A stretch of DNA of 64,000 bases, from assembly GCA_964016885.1 (NCBI GenBank), contig OZ024749.1, positions 10,106,001 through 10,170,000 of the forward strand. Direction: 5' to 3'. A model generated the notes under the pieces. The model saw nothing but the letters and a program-made list of their open reading frames with translations, ran no database searches and was not told where the DNA came from. A program made the position numbers and the translations under genes. This DNA is from Eledone cirrhosa. Its lineage: Eukaryota. Shown here piece after piece: positions 26,991-41,800 of the stretch (positions within the stretch are counted from its first letter, which is position 1; each line of letters opens with the position of its first letter).

Positions 26991-29900
26991 AGTCAGAATT
27001 TAGACCCAATCCTCACTCTCTTCCTTGGGGCTTGGGTCAGACTTTAGACTCAGTCCTCACTCTCCTCCTTGGGACTTGAGTCAGAATTTAGACCCAATCC
27101 TCACTCTCCTTCTTGGGGCTAGAGTCAGACTTTAGACCCAGTCCTCACTCTCCTTGGGGCTTGAGTCAGACTTTAGGCTTTAGACTCAGTCCTCACTCTC
27201 CTTCTTGGGGCTTGAGTCAGACTTTAGACCCAGTCCTCACTCTCCACCTTGAGACTTGAGTCAGACTTTAGACCCAGTCCTCACTCTCCTCCTTGGGGCT
27301 TGAGTCAGACTTTAGACCCAGTCCTCACTCTCCTCCTTGGGTCTTGAGTTAGACTTTAGACCCAGTCCTCACTCTCCTTGGGGCTTGAGTCAGACTTTAG
27401 ACTTTAGACCCAGTCCTCACTCTCCTTCTTGGGGCTTGAGTCAGACTTTAGACCCAGTCCTCACTCTCCTCCTTGGGGCTTGAGTCAGACTTTAGACTTT
27501 AGATCCAGTCCTCACTTTCCTTGCGGCTATAGTTAGACTTTAGACCCAGGACCCACTCTCCTCCTTGGGGCTTGAATCAGATTTAGATCCAGTCCTCACT
27601 CTCCTTCTTGGGGCTTGAGTCAGATTTTAGACCCAGTCTTCACTTTCCTCCTTGGGGCTTGAGTCAGACTGTAGACCCAGTCCTCACTCTCCTCCTTGGG
27701 GCTTGAGTCAGACTTTAGTCTTTAGACTCAGTCCTCACTCTCCTTCTTGGGGCTTGAGTCAGACTTTAGACCCAGTCCTCACTCTCCACCTTGAGACTTG
27801 AGTCAGACTTTAGACCCAGTCCTCACTCTCCTCCTTGGGGCTTGAGTCAGACTTTAGACCCAGTCCTCACTCTCCTCCTTGGCTCTTGAGTTAGACTTTA
27901 GACCCAGTCCTCACTCTCCTTCTTGGGGCTTGAGTCAGACTTTAGACTTTAGACCCAGTCCTCACTCTCCTTCTTGGGGCTTGAGTCAGACTTTAGACCC
28001 AGTCCTCACTCTCCTCCTTGGGGCTTGAGTCAGACTTTAGACTTTAGACCCAGTCCTCACTCTCTTCCTTGGGGCTTGAGTCAGACTTTAGACTTTAGAT
28101 CCAGTTCTCACTTTCCTTGCGGCTATAGTTAGACTTTAGACCCAGTCCTCACTCTCCTCCTTGGAACTTGAGTCAGACTTTAGACCCAATGCTGACGCTC
28201 CTCCTTGGGACTTGAGTTAGACTTTAGACCCAGTCGTCACTCTCCTCCTTGGGGCTTGGGTCAGACTTTAGACTTTAGACCCAGTCCTCACTCTCCTCCT
28301 TGGGCTTAAGTTAGACTTTAGACCCACTCCTCACTCTCCTCCTTGGGCTTAAGTCAGACTTTAGACCCAGTCCCCACTCTCCTCTTTGTGGCTTGAGTCA
28401 GAAATTAGACACAGTCCTCACTCTCCTCTTTGGGGATTGAGTTAGACTTTAGACACAGTCCTCACTGTCCTCCTTGGGGCTTGAGTCAGACTTTAGACCC
28501 AGTCTTCACTCTCCTTGGGGTTTGAGTCAGACTTTAGATTTTAGACACAGTCCTCACTCTCCTTCTTGGGGCTTGAATCAGACTTTAGACTTTAGACCCA
28601 GTCCTCACTCTCCTTCTTGGGGCTTGAGTCAGGCTTTAGACCCAGTCCTCACTCTCCTTCTTGGGGCTTCAGTCATACTTTAGACCCAGTCCTCACTCTC
28701 CTTCTTGGGGATTGAGTCAGACTTTAGACCCAGTCCTCACTCTCCTTCTTGGGGCTAGAGTCAGACTTTAGACCCATTCCTCACTCTCCTCCTTGGGGCT
28801 TGGGTTAGACATTAGACCCAGTCCTCACTCTCCTTCTTGGGGCTTGAGTCAGACTTTAGACCCAGTCCCCACTCTCCTCCTTGGGGCTTGAATCAGATTT
28901 TAGATCCAGTCCTCACTCTCCTTCTTGGGGCTTGAGTCAGATTTTAGACCCAGTCTTCACTCTCCTCCTTGGGGCTTGAGTCAGACTTTAGACCCAGTCC
29001 TCACTCTCCTCCTTGGAACTTGAGTCCGACTTTAGACCCAATGCTGACGCTCCTCCTTGGTGCTTGAGTTAGACTTTAGACCCAGTCGTCACTCTCCTCC
29101 TTGGGGCTTGGGTCAGACTTTAGACTTTAGATCCAGTCCTCACTCTCCTTGGGGCTATAGTTAGACTTTAGATCCAGACTTCACTCTCCTCCTTGGGGCT
29201 TGAGTCAGACTTTAGACTTTAGACCCAGTCCTCACTCTCCTCCTTGGGACTTGAGTCAGACTTTAGACCCAATCCTCACTCTCTTCCTTGGGGCTTGGGT
29301 CAGACTTTAGACCCAGTCCTCACTGTCCTCCTTGAGGCTTGAGTTAGACTTTAGACCCAGTCCTCACTCTCCTCCTTGGGGCTTGAGTCAGACTTTAGAC
29401 CCAGTCCTCACTCTCCTTGGGGCTTGAGTCAGACTTTAGACTTTAGACTCAGTCCTCACTCTCCTTCTTGGGGTTTGAGTCAGACTTTAGACTTTAGACC
29501 CAGTCCTCACTGTCCTCCTTGGGGCTTGAGCTAGACTTTAGACCCAGTCCTCACTCTCCTCCTTGGGGCTTGAGTTAGACTTTAGACCCAGTCCTCACTC
29601 TCCTCCTTGGGGCTTGAGTCAGACTTTAGACCCAGTCCTCACTCTCCTCCTTGGGGCTTGAGTTAAACTTTAGACTTTAGACCCAGTCCTCACTCTCCTT
29701 CTTGGGGCTTGAGTCAGACTTTAGACCCAGTCCTCACTCTCCTTCTTGGGGCTTGAGTCAGACTTTAGACCCAGTCCTCACTCTCATTCTTGGGGCTAGA
29801 GTCAGACTTTAGACCCAGCCCTCACTCACCTCCTTGGAGCTTGAGTTAGACTTTAGACCCAGTCGTCACTCTCTTTCTTGGGGCTTGGGCCAGACTTTAG

Positions 29901-30899
29901 ACTCAGTCCTCACTCTCCTCCTTGGGACTTGAGTCAGAATTTAGACCCAATCCTCACTCTCCTTCTTGGGGCTTGAGTCAGACTTTAGACCCAGTCCTCA
30001 CTCTCCTTGGGGCTTGAGTCAGACTTTAGTCTTTAGACTCAGTCCTCACTCTCCTTCTTGGGGCTTGAGTCAGACTTTAGACCCAGTCCTCACCCTCCAC
30101 CTTGAGACTTGAGTCAGACTTTAGACCCAGTCCTCACTCTCCTCCTTGGGGCTTGAGTCAGACTTTAGACCCACTCCTCACTCTCCTCCTTGGGTCTTGA
30201 GTTAGACTTTAGACCCAGTCCTCACTCTCCTTGGGGCTTGAGTCAGACTTTAGACTTTAGACCCAGTCCTCTCTCTCCTTGGGGCTTGATTCAGAATTTA
30301 GACTTTAGATCCAGTCCTCACTTTCCTTGGTGCTATAGTTAGACTTTAGATCCAGTCTTCACTCTCCTCCTTGGGGCTTGAGTCAGACTTTAGACCCACT
30401 CCTCACTCTCCTCCTTGGAACTTGAGTTAGAGTTTAGACCCAGTCCTCACTCTCCTCCTTGGGGCTTGGGTCAGACTTTAGACTTTAGACCCAGTCCTCA
30501 CTCTCCTCCTTGGGCTTAAGTTAGACTTTAGACCCACTCCTCACTCTCCTCCTTGGGCTTAAGTCAGACTTTAGACCCAGTCCCCACTCTCCTCTTTGTG
30601 GCTTGAGTCAGAAATTAGACACAGTCCTCACTCTCCTCTTTGGGGATTGAGTTAGACTTTAGACACAGTCCTCACTCTCCTCCTTGGGGCTTGAGTCAGA
30701 CTTTAGACCCAGTCTTCACTCTCCTTGGGGCTTGAGTCAGACTTTAGATTTTAGACACAGTCCTCACTCTCCTTCTTGGGGCTTGAATCAGACTTTAGAC
30801 TTTAGACCCAGTCCTCACTCTCCTTCTTGGGGCTTGAGTCACACTTTAGACCCAGTCCTCACTCTCCTCCTTGGGGCTTCAGTCATACTTTAGACCCAG

Positions 30900-33800
30900 T
30901 CCTCACTCTCCTTCTTGGGGCTTGAGTCAGACTTTAGACCCAGTCCTCACTCTCCTTCTTGGGGCTAGAGTCAGACTTTAGACCCAGTCCTCACTCTCCT
31001 CCTTGGGGCTTGGGTTAGACATTAGACCCAGTCCTCACTCTCCTTCTTGGGGCTTGAGTCAGACTTTAGACCCAGTCCCCACTCTCCTCCTTGGGGCTTG
31101 AATCAGATTTTAGACCCAGTCTTCACTCTCCTCCTTGGGGCTTGAGTCAGACTTTAGACCCAGTCCTCACTCTCCTCCTTGGAACTTGAGTCAGACTTTA
31201 GACCCAATGCTGACGCTCCTCCTTGGGGCTTGAGTTAGACTTTAGACCCAGTCGTCACTCTCCTCCTTGGGGCTTGGGTCAGACTTTAGACCCAGTCCTC
31301 ACTCTCTTCCTTGGGGCTTGTGTCAGACTTTAGACTTTAGACCCAGCCCTCACTCTCCTGCTTGGTACTTGAGTCAGACTTTAGACCCAGTCCTCACTCT
31401 CCTTGAGGCTTGAGTCAGACTTTAGACTTTAGATCCAGTCCTCACTCTCCTTCTTGGGGATTGAGTCAGACTTTAGACCCAGTCCTCACTCTCCTCCTTG
31501 GGGCTCTAATCAGATTTTAGACCCAGTCCTCACTCGCCTTCTTGGGGTTTGAGTCAGACTTTAGACCCAGTCCTCACTCTCCTCCTTGGGGCTTGGGTTA
31601 GACATTAGACCCAGTCCTCACTCTCCTTCTTGGGGCTTCAGTTAGACTTTAGACCCAGTCCTCACTCTCCTCCTTGGGGCTTGAGTCAGAATTTAGACCC
31701 AGTCATCACTCTTCTTGGGGTTTGAGTTAGACTTTAGACCTAGTCCTCACTCTCCTCCTTGGGACTTGTGTCAGATTTTAGACCCAATCCTCACTCTCTT
31801 CCTTGGGGCTTGGGTCAGACTTTAGACTCAGTCCTCACTCTCCTCCTTGGGACTTGAGTCAGAATTTAGACCCAATCCTCACTCTCCTTCTTGGGGCTAG
31901 AGTCAGACTTTAGACCCAGTCCTCACTCTCCTTTGGGCTTGAGTCAGACTTTAGTCTTTAGACTCAGTCCTCACTCTCCTTCTTGGGGCTTGAGTCAGAC
32001 TTTAGACCCAGTCCTCACTCTCCACCTTGAGACTTGAGTCAGACTTTAGACCCAGTCCTCACTCTCCTCCTTGGGTCTTGAGTTAGTCTTTAGACCCAGT
32101 CCTCACTCTCCTTGGGGCTTGAGTCAGACTTTAGACTTTAGACCCAGTCCTCACTCTCCTTCTTGGGGCTTGAGTCAGACTTTAGACCCAGTCCTCACTC
32201 TCCTCCTTGGGGCTTGAGTCAGACTTTAGACTTTAGATGCAGTCCTCACTTTCCTTGCTGCTATAGTTAGACTTTAGACCCAGTCCCCACTCTCCTCCTT
32301 GGGGCTTGAGTCAGACTGTAGACCCAGTCCTCACTCTCCTTCTTGGGGCTTGAGTCAGACTGTAGACCCAGTCCTCACTCTCCTTCTTGGGGCTTGAGTC
32401 AGACTTTAGACTTTAGACCCAGTCCTCACTCTCCTTCTTGGGGCTTGAGTCAGACTTTAGACCCGGTCCTCACTCTCCTCCTTGGGGCTTGAGTCAGACT
32501 TTAGACTTTAGACCCAGTCCTCACTCTCTTCCTTGGGGCTTGAGTCAGACTTTAGACTTTAGATCCAGTTCTCACTTTCCTTGCGGCTATAGTTAGACTT
32601 TAGACCCAGTCCTCACTCTCCTCCTTGGAACTTGAGTCAGACTTTAGACCCAATGCTGACGCTCCTCCTTGGGACTTGAGTTAGACTTTAGACCCAGTCG
32701 TCACTCTCCTCCTTGGGGCTTGGGTCAGACTTTAGACTTTAGATCCAGTCCTCACTCTACTTGGGGCTATAGTTAGACTTTAGATCCAGTCTTCACTCTC
32801 CTCCTTGGGGCTTGAGTCAGACTTTAGACCCAGTCCTCACTCTCCTCCTTGGAAATTGAGTTAGAGTTTAGACCCAGTCCTCACTCTCCTCCTTGGGGCT
32901 TGGGTCAGACTTTAGACTTTAGACCCAGTCCTCACTCTCCTCCTTGGGGCTTGAGTCAGACTTTAGACCCACTCCTCACTCTCCTCCTTGGGCTTAAGTT
33001 AGACTTTAGACCCACTCCTCACTCTCCTCCTTGGGCTTAAGTCTGACTTTAGACCCAGTCCCCACTCTCCTCTTTGTGGCTTGAGTCAGAAATTAGACAC
33101 AGTCCTCACTCTCCTCTTTGGGGATTGAGTTAGACTTTAGACACAGTCCTCACTGTCCTCCTTGGGGCTTGAGTCAGACTTTAGACCCAGTCTTCACTCT
33201 CCTTGGGGCTTGAGTCAGACTTTAGATTTTAGACACAGTCCTCACTCTCCTTCTTGGGGCTTGAATCAGACTTTAGACTTTAGACCCAGTCCTCACTCTC
33301 CTTCTTGGGGCTTGAGTCAGGCTTTAGACCCAGTCCTCACTCTACTTCTTGGGGCTTCAGTCATACTTTAGACCCAGTCCTCACTCTCCTTCTTGGGGCT
33401 AGAGTCAGACTTTAGACCCAGTCCTCACTCTCCTCCTTGGGGCTTGGGTTAGACATTAGACCCAGTCCTCACTCTCCTTCTTGGGGCTTGAGTCAGACTT
33501 TAGACCCAGTCCCCACTCTCCTCCTTGGGGCTTGAATCAGATTTTAGATCCAGTCCTCACTCTCCTTCTTGGGGCTTGAGTCAGATTTTAGACCCAGTCT
33601 TCACTCTCCTCCTTGGGGCTTGAGTCAGACTTTAGACCCAGTCCTCACTCTCCTCCTTGGAACTTGAGTCAGACTTTAGACCCAATGCTGACGCTCCTCC
33701 TTGGGGCTTGAGTTAGACTTTAGACCCAGTCGTCACTCTCCTCCTTGGGGCTTGGGTCAGACTTTAGACCCAGTCCTCACTCTCTTCCTTGGGGCTTGAG

Positions 33801-35870
33801 TCAGACTTTAGACTTTAGACCCAGCCCTCACTCTCCTGCTTGGTACTTGAGTCAGACTTTAGACCCAGTCCTCACTCTCCTTGAGGCTTGAGTCAGACTT
33901 TAGACTTTAGATCCAGTCCTCACTCTCCTTCTTGGGGATTGAGTCAGACTTTAGACCCAGTCCTCACTCTCCTCCTTGGGGCTCTAATCAGATTTTAGAC
34001 CCAGTCCTCACTCGCCTTCTTGGGGTTTGAGTCAGACTTTAGACCCAGTCCTCACTCTCCTCCTTGGGGCTTGGGTTAGACATTAGACCCAGTCCTCACT
34101 CTCCTTCTTGGGGCTTCAGTTAGACTTTAGACCCAGTCCTCACTCTCCTCCTTGGGGCTTGAGTCAGAATTTAGACCCAGTCCTCACTCTTCTTGGGGTT
34201 TGAGTTAGACTTTAGACCTAGTCCTCACTCTCCTCCTTGGGACTTGTGTCAGATTTTAGACCCAATCCTCACTCTCTTCCTTGGGGCTTGGGTCAGACTT
34301 TAGACTCAGTCCTCACTCTCCTCCTTGGGACTTGAGTCAGAATTTAGACCCAATCCTCACTCTCCTTCTTGGGGCTAGAGTCAGACTTTAGACCCAGTCC
34401 TCACTCTCCTTTGGGCTTGAGTCAGACTTTAGTCTTTAGACTCAGTCCTCACTCTCCTTCTTGGGGCTTGAGTCAGACTTTAGACCCAGTCCTCACTCTC
34501 CACCTTGAGACTTGAGTCAGACTTTAGACCCAGTCCTCACTCTCCTCCTTGGGTCTTGAGTTAGTCTTTAGACCCAGTCCTCACTCTCCTTGGGGCTTGA
34601 GTCAGACTTTAGACTTTAGACCCAGTCCTCACTCTCCTTCTTGGGGCTTGAGTCAGACTTTAGACCCAGTCCTCACTCTCCTCCTTGGGGCTTGAGTCAG
34701 ACTTTAGACTTTAGATGCAGTCCTCACTTTCCTTGCTGCTATAGTTAGACTTTAGACCCAGTCCCCACTCTCCTCCTTGGGGCTTGAGTCAGACTGTAGA
34801 CCCAGTCCCCACTCTCCTTCTTGGGGCTTGAGTCAGACTGTAGACCCAGTCCTCACTCTCCTTCTTGGGGCTTGAGTCAGACTTTAGACTTTAGACCCAG
34901 TCCTCACTCTCCTTCTTGGGGCTTGAGTCAGACTTTAGACCCGGTCCTCACTCTCCTCCTTGGGGCTTGAGTCAGACTTTAGACTTTAGACCCAGTCCTC
35001 ACTCTCTTCCTTGGGGCTTGAGTCAGACTTTAGACTTTAGATCCAGTTCTCACTTTCCTTGCGGCTATAGTTAGACTTTAGACCCAGTCCTCACTCTCCT
35101 CCTTGGAACTTGAGTCAGACTTTAGACCCAATGCTGACGCTCCTCCTTGGGACTTGAGTTAGACTTTAGACCCAGTCGTCACTCTCCTCCTTGGGGCTTG
35201 GGTCAGACTTTAGACTTTAGATCCAGTCCTCACTCTACTTGGGGCTATAGTTAGACTTTAGATCCAGTCTTCACTCTCCTCCTTGGGGCTTGAGTCAGAC
35301 TTTAGACCCAGTCCTCACTCTCCTCCTTGGAAATTGAGTTAGAGTTTAGACCCAGTCCTCACTCTCCTCCTTGGGGCTTGGGTCAGACTTTAGACTTTAG
35401 ACCCAGTCCTCACTCTCCTCCTTGGGGCTTGAGTCAGACTTTAGACCCACTCCTCACTCTCCTCCTTGGGCTTAAGTTAGACTTTAGACCCACTCCTCAC
35501 TCTCCTCCTTGGGCTTAAGTCTGACTTTAGACCCAGTCCCCACTCTCCTCTTTGTGGCTTGAGTCATAAATTAGACACAGTCCTCACTCTCCTCTTTGGG
35601 GATTGAGTTAGACTTTAGACACAGTCCTCACTGTCCTCCTTGGGGCTTGAGTCAGACTTTAGACCCAGTCTTCACTCTCCTTGGGGCTTGAGTCAGACTT
35701 TAGATTTTAGACACAGTCCTCACTCTCCTTCTTGGGGCTTGAATCAGACTTTAGACTTTAGACCCAGTCCTCACTCTCCTTCTTGGGGCTTGAGTCAGGC
35801 TTTAGACCCAGTCCTCACTCTACTTCTTGGGGCTTCAGTCATACTTTAGACCCAGTCCTCACTCTCCTTC
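30900..35870 (+). repeat. Higher-order tandem duplication of 2,478 bp
   Basis: ORF entries 32849/35327 and 33162/35640, and variants ACCCGGTCC (32461/34939) and GTCTGAC (33041/35519), all share offset 2478. Confidence 0.9.
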
Positions 35871-38800
35871 TTGGGTCTTGAGTCAGACTTTTGACCCAGT
35901 CCTCACTCTCCTTCTTGGGGCTAGAGTCAGACTTTAGACCCAGTCCTCACTCTCCTCCTTGGGGCTTGGGTTAGACATTAGACCCAGTCCTCACTCTCCT
36001 TCTTGGGGCTTGAGTCAGACTTTAGACCCAGTCCCCACTCTCCTCCTTGGGGCTTGAATCAGATTTTAGATCCAGTCCTCACTCTCCTTCTTGGGGCTTG
36101 AGTCAGATTTTAGACCCAGTCTTCACTCTCCTCCTTGGGGCTTGAGTCAGACTTTAGACCCAGTCCTCACTCTCCTCCTTGGAACTTGAGTCCGACTTTA
36201 GACCCAATGCTGACGCTCCTCCTTGGTGCTTGAGTTAGACTTTAGACCCAGTCGTCACTCTCCTCCTTGGGGCTTGGGTCAGACTTTAGACTTCAGATAC
36301 AGTCCTCACTCTCCTTGGGGCTATAGTTAGACTTTAGATCCAGACTTCACTCTCCTCCTTGGGGCTTGAGTCAGACTTTAGACTTTAGACCCAGTCCTCA
36401 CTCTCCTCCTTGGGACTTGAGTCAGACTTTAGACCCAATCCTCACTCTCTTCCTTGGGGCTTGGGTCAGACTTTAGACCCAGTCCTCACTGTCCTCCTTG
36501 GGGCTTGAGTTAGACTTTAGACCCAGTCCTCACTCTCCTCCTTGGGGCTTGAGTCAGACTTTAGACCCAGTCCTCACTCTCCTTGGGGCTTGAGTCAGAC
36601 TTTAGACTTTAGACTCAGTCCTCACTCTCCTTCTTGGGGTTTGAGTCAGACTTTAGACTTTAGACCCAGTCCTCACTGTCCTCCTTGGGGCTTGAGCTAG
36701 ACTTTAGACCCAGTCCTCACTCTCCTCCTTGGGGCTTGAGTTAGACTTTAGCCCCAGTCCTCACTCTCCTCCTTGGGGCTTGAGTCAGACTTTAGACCCA
36801 GTCCTCACTCTCCTCCTTGGGGCTTGAGTTAAACTTTAGACTTTAGACCCAGTCCTCACTCTCCTTCTTGGGGCTTGAGTCAGACTTTAGACCCAGTCCT
36901 CACTCCCCTTCTTGGGGCTTGAGTCAGACTTTAGACCCAGTCCTCACTCTCATTCTTGGGGCTAGAGTCAGACTTTAGACCCAGCCCTCACTCACCTCCT
37001 TGGAGCTTGAGTTAGACTTTAGACCCAGTCGTCACTCTCTTCCTTGGGGCTTGGGTCAGACTTTAGACTCAGTCCTCACTCTCCTCCTTGGGACTTGAGT
37101 CAGAATTTAGACCCAATCCTCACTCTCCTTCTTGGGGCTTGAGTCAGACTTTAGACCCAGTCCTCACTCTCCTTGGGGCTTGAGTCAGACTTTAGTCTTT
37201 AGACTCAGTCCTCACTCTCCTTCTTGGGGCTTGAGTCAGACTTTAGACCCAGTCCTCACCCTCCACCTTGAGACTTGAGTCAGACTTTAGACCCAGTCCT
37301 CACTCTCCTCCTTGGGGCTTGAGTCAGACTTTAGACCCAGTCCTCACTCTCCTCCTTGGGTCTTGAGTTAGACTTTAGACCCAGTCCTCACTCTCCTTGG
37401 GGCTTGAGTCAGACTTTAGACTTTAGACCCAGTCCTCACTCTCCTTGGGGCTTGAGTCAGAATTTAGACTTTAGATCCAGTCCTCACTTTCCTTGGTGCT
37501 ATAGTTAGACTTTAGATCCAGTCTTCACTCTCCTCCTTGGGGCTTGGGTCAGACTTTAGACTTTAGACCCAGTCCTCACTCTCCTCCTTGGGCTTAAGTT
37601 AGACTTTAGACCCACTCCTCACTCTCTTCCTTGGGCTTAAGTCAGACTTTAGACCCAGTCCCCACTCTCCTCTTTGTGGCTTGAGTCAGAAATTAGACAC
37701 AGTCCTCACTCTCCTCTTTGGGGATTGAGTTAGACTTTAGACACAGTCCTCACTCTCCTCCTTGGGGCTTGAGTCAGACTTTAGACCCAGTCTTCACTCT
37801 CCTTGGGGCTTGAGTCAGACTTTAGATTTTAGACACAGTCCTCACTCTCCTTCTTGGGGCTTGAATCAGACTTTAGACTTTAGACCCAGTCCTCACTCTC
37901 CTTCTTGGGGCTTGAGTCAGACTTTAGACACAGTCCTCACTCTCCTTCTTGGGGCTTCAGTCATACTTTAGACCCAGTCCTCACTCTCCTTCTTGGGGCT
38001 TGAGTCAGACTTTAGACCCAGTCCTCACTCTCCTTCTTGGGGCTAGAGTCAGACTTTAGACCCAGTCCTCACTCTCCTCCTTGGGGCTTGGGTTAGACAT
38101 TAGACCCAGTCCTCACTCTCCTTCTTGGGGCTTGAGTCAGACTTTAGACCCAGTCCTCACTCTCCTTCTTGGGGCTTCAGTCATACTTTAGACCCAGTCC
38201 TCACTCTCCTTCTTGGGGCTTGAGTCAGACTTTAGACCCAGTCCTCACTCTCCTTCTTGGGGCTTGAGTCAGACTTTAGACCCAGTCCCCACTCTCCTCC
38301 TTGGGGCTTGAATCAGATTTTAGATCCAGTCCTCACTCTCCTTCTTGGGGCTTGAGTCAGATTTTAGACCCAGTCTTCACTCTCCTCCTTGGGGCTTGAG
38401 TCAGACTTTAGACCCAGTCCTCACTCTCCTCCTTGGAACTTGAGTCAGACTTTAGACCCAATGCTGACGCTCCTCCTTGGGGCTTGAGTTAGACTTTAGA
38501 CCCAGTCGTCACTCTCCTCCTTGGGGCTTGGGTCAGACTTTAGATCCAGTCCTCACTCTCCTTCTTGGGGCTTGAGTTAGACTATTGACCCAGTCCTCAC
38601 TCTCCTCCTTGGGGCTTGAGTCAGACTTTAGACCCAGTCCTCACTCTCCTTGAGGCTTGAGTCAGACTTTAGACTTTAGATCCAGTCCTCACTCTCCTTC
38701 TTGGGGATTGAGTCAGACTTTAGACCCAGTCCTCACTCTCCTCCTTGGGGCTTGGGTTAGACATTAGACCCAGTCCTCACTCTCCTTCTTGGGGCTTCAG

Positions 38801-41800
38801 TTAGACTTTAGACCCAGTCCTCACTCTCCTCCTTGGGGCTTGAGTCAGAATTTAGACCCAGTCCTCACTCTTCTTGGGGTTTGAGTTAGACTTTAGACCT
38901 CGTCCTCACTCTCCTCCTTGGGACTTGAGTCAGATTTTAGACCCAATCCTCTCTCTCTTCCTTGGGGCTTGGGTCAGACTTTAGACTCAGTCCTCACTCT
39001 CCTCCTTGGGACTTGAGTCAGAATTTAGACCCAATCCTCACTCTCCTTCTTGGGGCTAGAGTCAGACTTTAGACCCAGTCCTCACTCTCCTTTGGGCTTG
39101 AGTCAGACTTTAGTCTTTAGACTCAGTCCTCACTCTCCTTCTTGGGGCTTGAGTCAGACTTTAGACCCAGTCCTCACTCTCCACCTTCAGACTTGAGTCA
39201 GACTTTAGACCCAGTCCTCACTCTCCTCCTTGGGGCTTGAGTCAGACTTTAGACCCAGTCCTCACTCTCCTTGGGGCTTGAGTCAGACTTTAGACTTTAG
39301 ACCCAGTCCTCACTCTCCTTCTTGGGGCTTGAGTCAGACTTTAGACCCAGTCCTCACTCTCCTCCTTCGGGCTTGAGTCAGACTTTAGACTTTAGATGCA
39401 GTCCTCACTTTCCTTGCTGCTATAGTTAGACTTTAGACCCAGTCCCCACTCTCCTCCTTGGGGCTTGAATCAGATTTTAGATCCAGTCCTCACTCTCCTT
39501 CTTGGGGCTTGAGTCAGACTGTAGACCCAGTCCTCACTCTCCTCCTTGGGGCTTGAGTCAGACTTTAGTCTTTAGACTCAGTCCTCACTCTCCTTCTTGG
39601 GGCTTGAGTCAGACTTTAGACCCAGTCCTCACTCTCCACCTTGAGACTTGAGTCAGACTTTAGACCCAGTCCTCACTCTCCTCCTTGAGGCTTGAGTCAG
39701 ACTTTAGACCCAGTCCTCACTCTCCTCCTTGGGTGTTGAGTTAGACTTTAGACCCAGTCCTCACTCTCCTTTTTGGGGCTTGAGTCAGACTTTAGACTTT
39801 AGACCCAGTCCTCACTCTCCTTCTTGGGGCTTGAGTCAGACTTTAGACCCAGTCCTCACTCTCCTCCTTGGGGCTTGAGTCAGACTTTAGACTTTAGACC
39901 CAGTCCTCACTCTCTTCCTTGGGGCTTGAGTCAGACTTTAGACTTTAGATCCAGTCCTCACTTTCCTTGCGGCTATAGTTAGACTTTAGATCCAGTCTTC
40001 ACTCTCCTCCTTGGGGCTTGAGTCAGACTTTAGACCCACTCCTCACTCTCCTCCTTGGAACTTGAGTTAGAGTTTAGACCCAGTCCTCACTCTCCTCCTT
40101 GGGGCTTGAGTCAGACTTTAGACCCAGTCCTCACTCTCCTCCTTGGGGCTTGAGTCAGACTTTATACCCAGTCCTCACTCTCCTCCTTGGGGCTTGAGTC
40201 AGACTTTAGACTTTAGACCCAGTCCTCACTCTCCTTGGGGCTTGAGTCAGACTTTAGACTTTAGATCCAGTCCTCACTCTCCTTGGGGCTATAGTTAGAC
40301 TTTAGATCCAGTCTTCACTCTCCTCCTTGGGGCTTGAGTCAGACTTTAGACTTTAGACCCAGTCCTCACTCTCCTCCTTGGGACTTGAGTCATACTTTAG
40401 ACCCAATCCTCACTCTCTTCCTTGGGGCTTGGGTCAGACTTTAGACTCAGTCCTCACTCTCCTCCTTGGGACTTGAGTCAGAATTTAGACCCAATCCTCA
40501 CTCTCCTTCTTGGGGCTTGAGTCAGACTTTAGACCCAGTCCTCACTCTCCACCTTGAGACTTGAGTCAGACTTTAGACCCAGTCCTCACTCTCCTCCTTG
40601 GGGCTTGAGTCAGACTTTAGACCCAGTCCTCACTCTTCTCCTTGGGTCTTGAGTTAGACTTTAGACCCAGTCCTCACTCTCCTTGGGGCTTGAGTCAGAC
40701 TTTAGACTTTAGACCCAGTCCTCACTCTCCTTGGGGCTTGATTCAGACTTTAGACTTTAGATCTAGTCCTCACTTTCCTTGGGGCTATAGTTAGACTTTA
40801 GATCCAGTCTTCACTCTCCTCCTTGGAACTTGAGTTAGAGTTTAGACCCAGTCCTCACTCTCCTCCTTGGGGCTTGGGTCAGACTTTAGACTTTAGACCC
40901 AGTCCTCACTCTCCTCCTTGGGCTTAAGTTAGACTTTAGACCCACTCCTCACTCTCCTCCTTGGGCTTAAGTCAGACTTTAGACCCAGTCCCCACTCTCC
41001 TCTTTGTGGCTTGAGTCAGAAATTAGACACAGTCCTCACTCTCCTCTTTGGGGATTGAGTTAGACTTTAGACACAGTCCTCACTCTCCTCCTTGGGGCTT
41101 GAGTCAGACTTTAAACCCAGTCTTCACTCTCCTTGGGGCTTGAGTCAGACTTTAGATTTTAGACACAGTCCTCACTCTCCTTCTTGGGGCTTGAATCAGA
41201 CTTTAGACTTTAGACCCAGTCCTCACTCTCCTTCTTGGGGCTTAAGTCAGACTTTAGACCCAGTCCTCACTCTCCTTCTTGGGGCTTCAGTCATACTTTA
41301 GACCCAGTCCTCACTCTCCTTCTTGCGGCTTGAGTCAGACTTTAGACCCAGTCCTCACTTTCCTTCTTGGGGCTAGAGTCAGACTTTAGACCCAGTCCTC
41401 ACTCTCCTCCTTGGGGCTTGGGTTAGACATTAGACCCAGTCCTCACTCTCCTTCTTGGAGCTTGAGTCAGACTTTAGACCCAGTCCCCACTCTCCTCCTT
41501 GGGGCTTGAATCAGATTTTAGATCCAGTCCTCACTCTCCTTCTTGGGGCTTGAGTCAGATTTTAGACCCAGTCTTCACTCTCCTCCTTGGGGCTTGAGTC
41601 AGACTTTAGACCCAGTCCTCACTCTCCTCCTTGGAACTTGAGCCAGACTTTAGACCCAATGCTGACGCTCCTCCTTGGGGCTTGAATTAGACTTTAGACC
41701 CAGTCGTCACTCTCCTCCTTGGGGCTTGGGTCAGACTTTAGACCCAGTCCTCACTCTCTTCCTTGGGGCTTGAGTCAGACTTTAGACTTTAGACCCAGCC

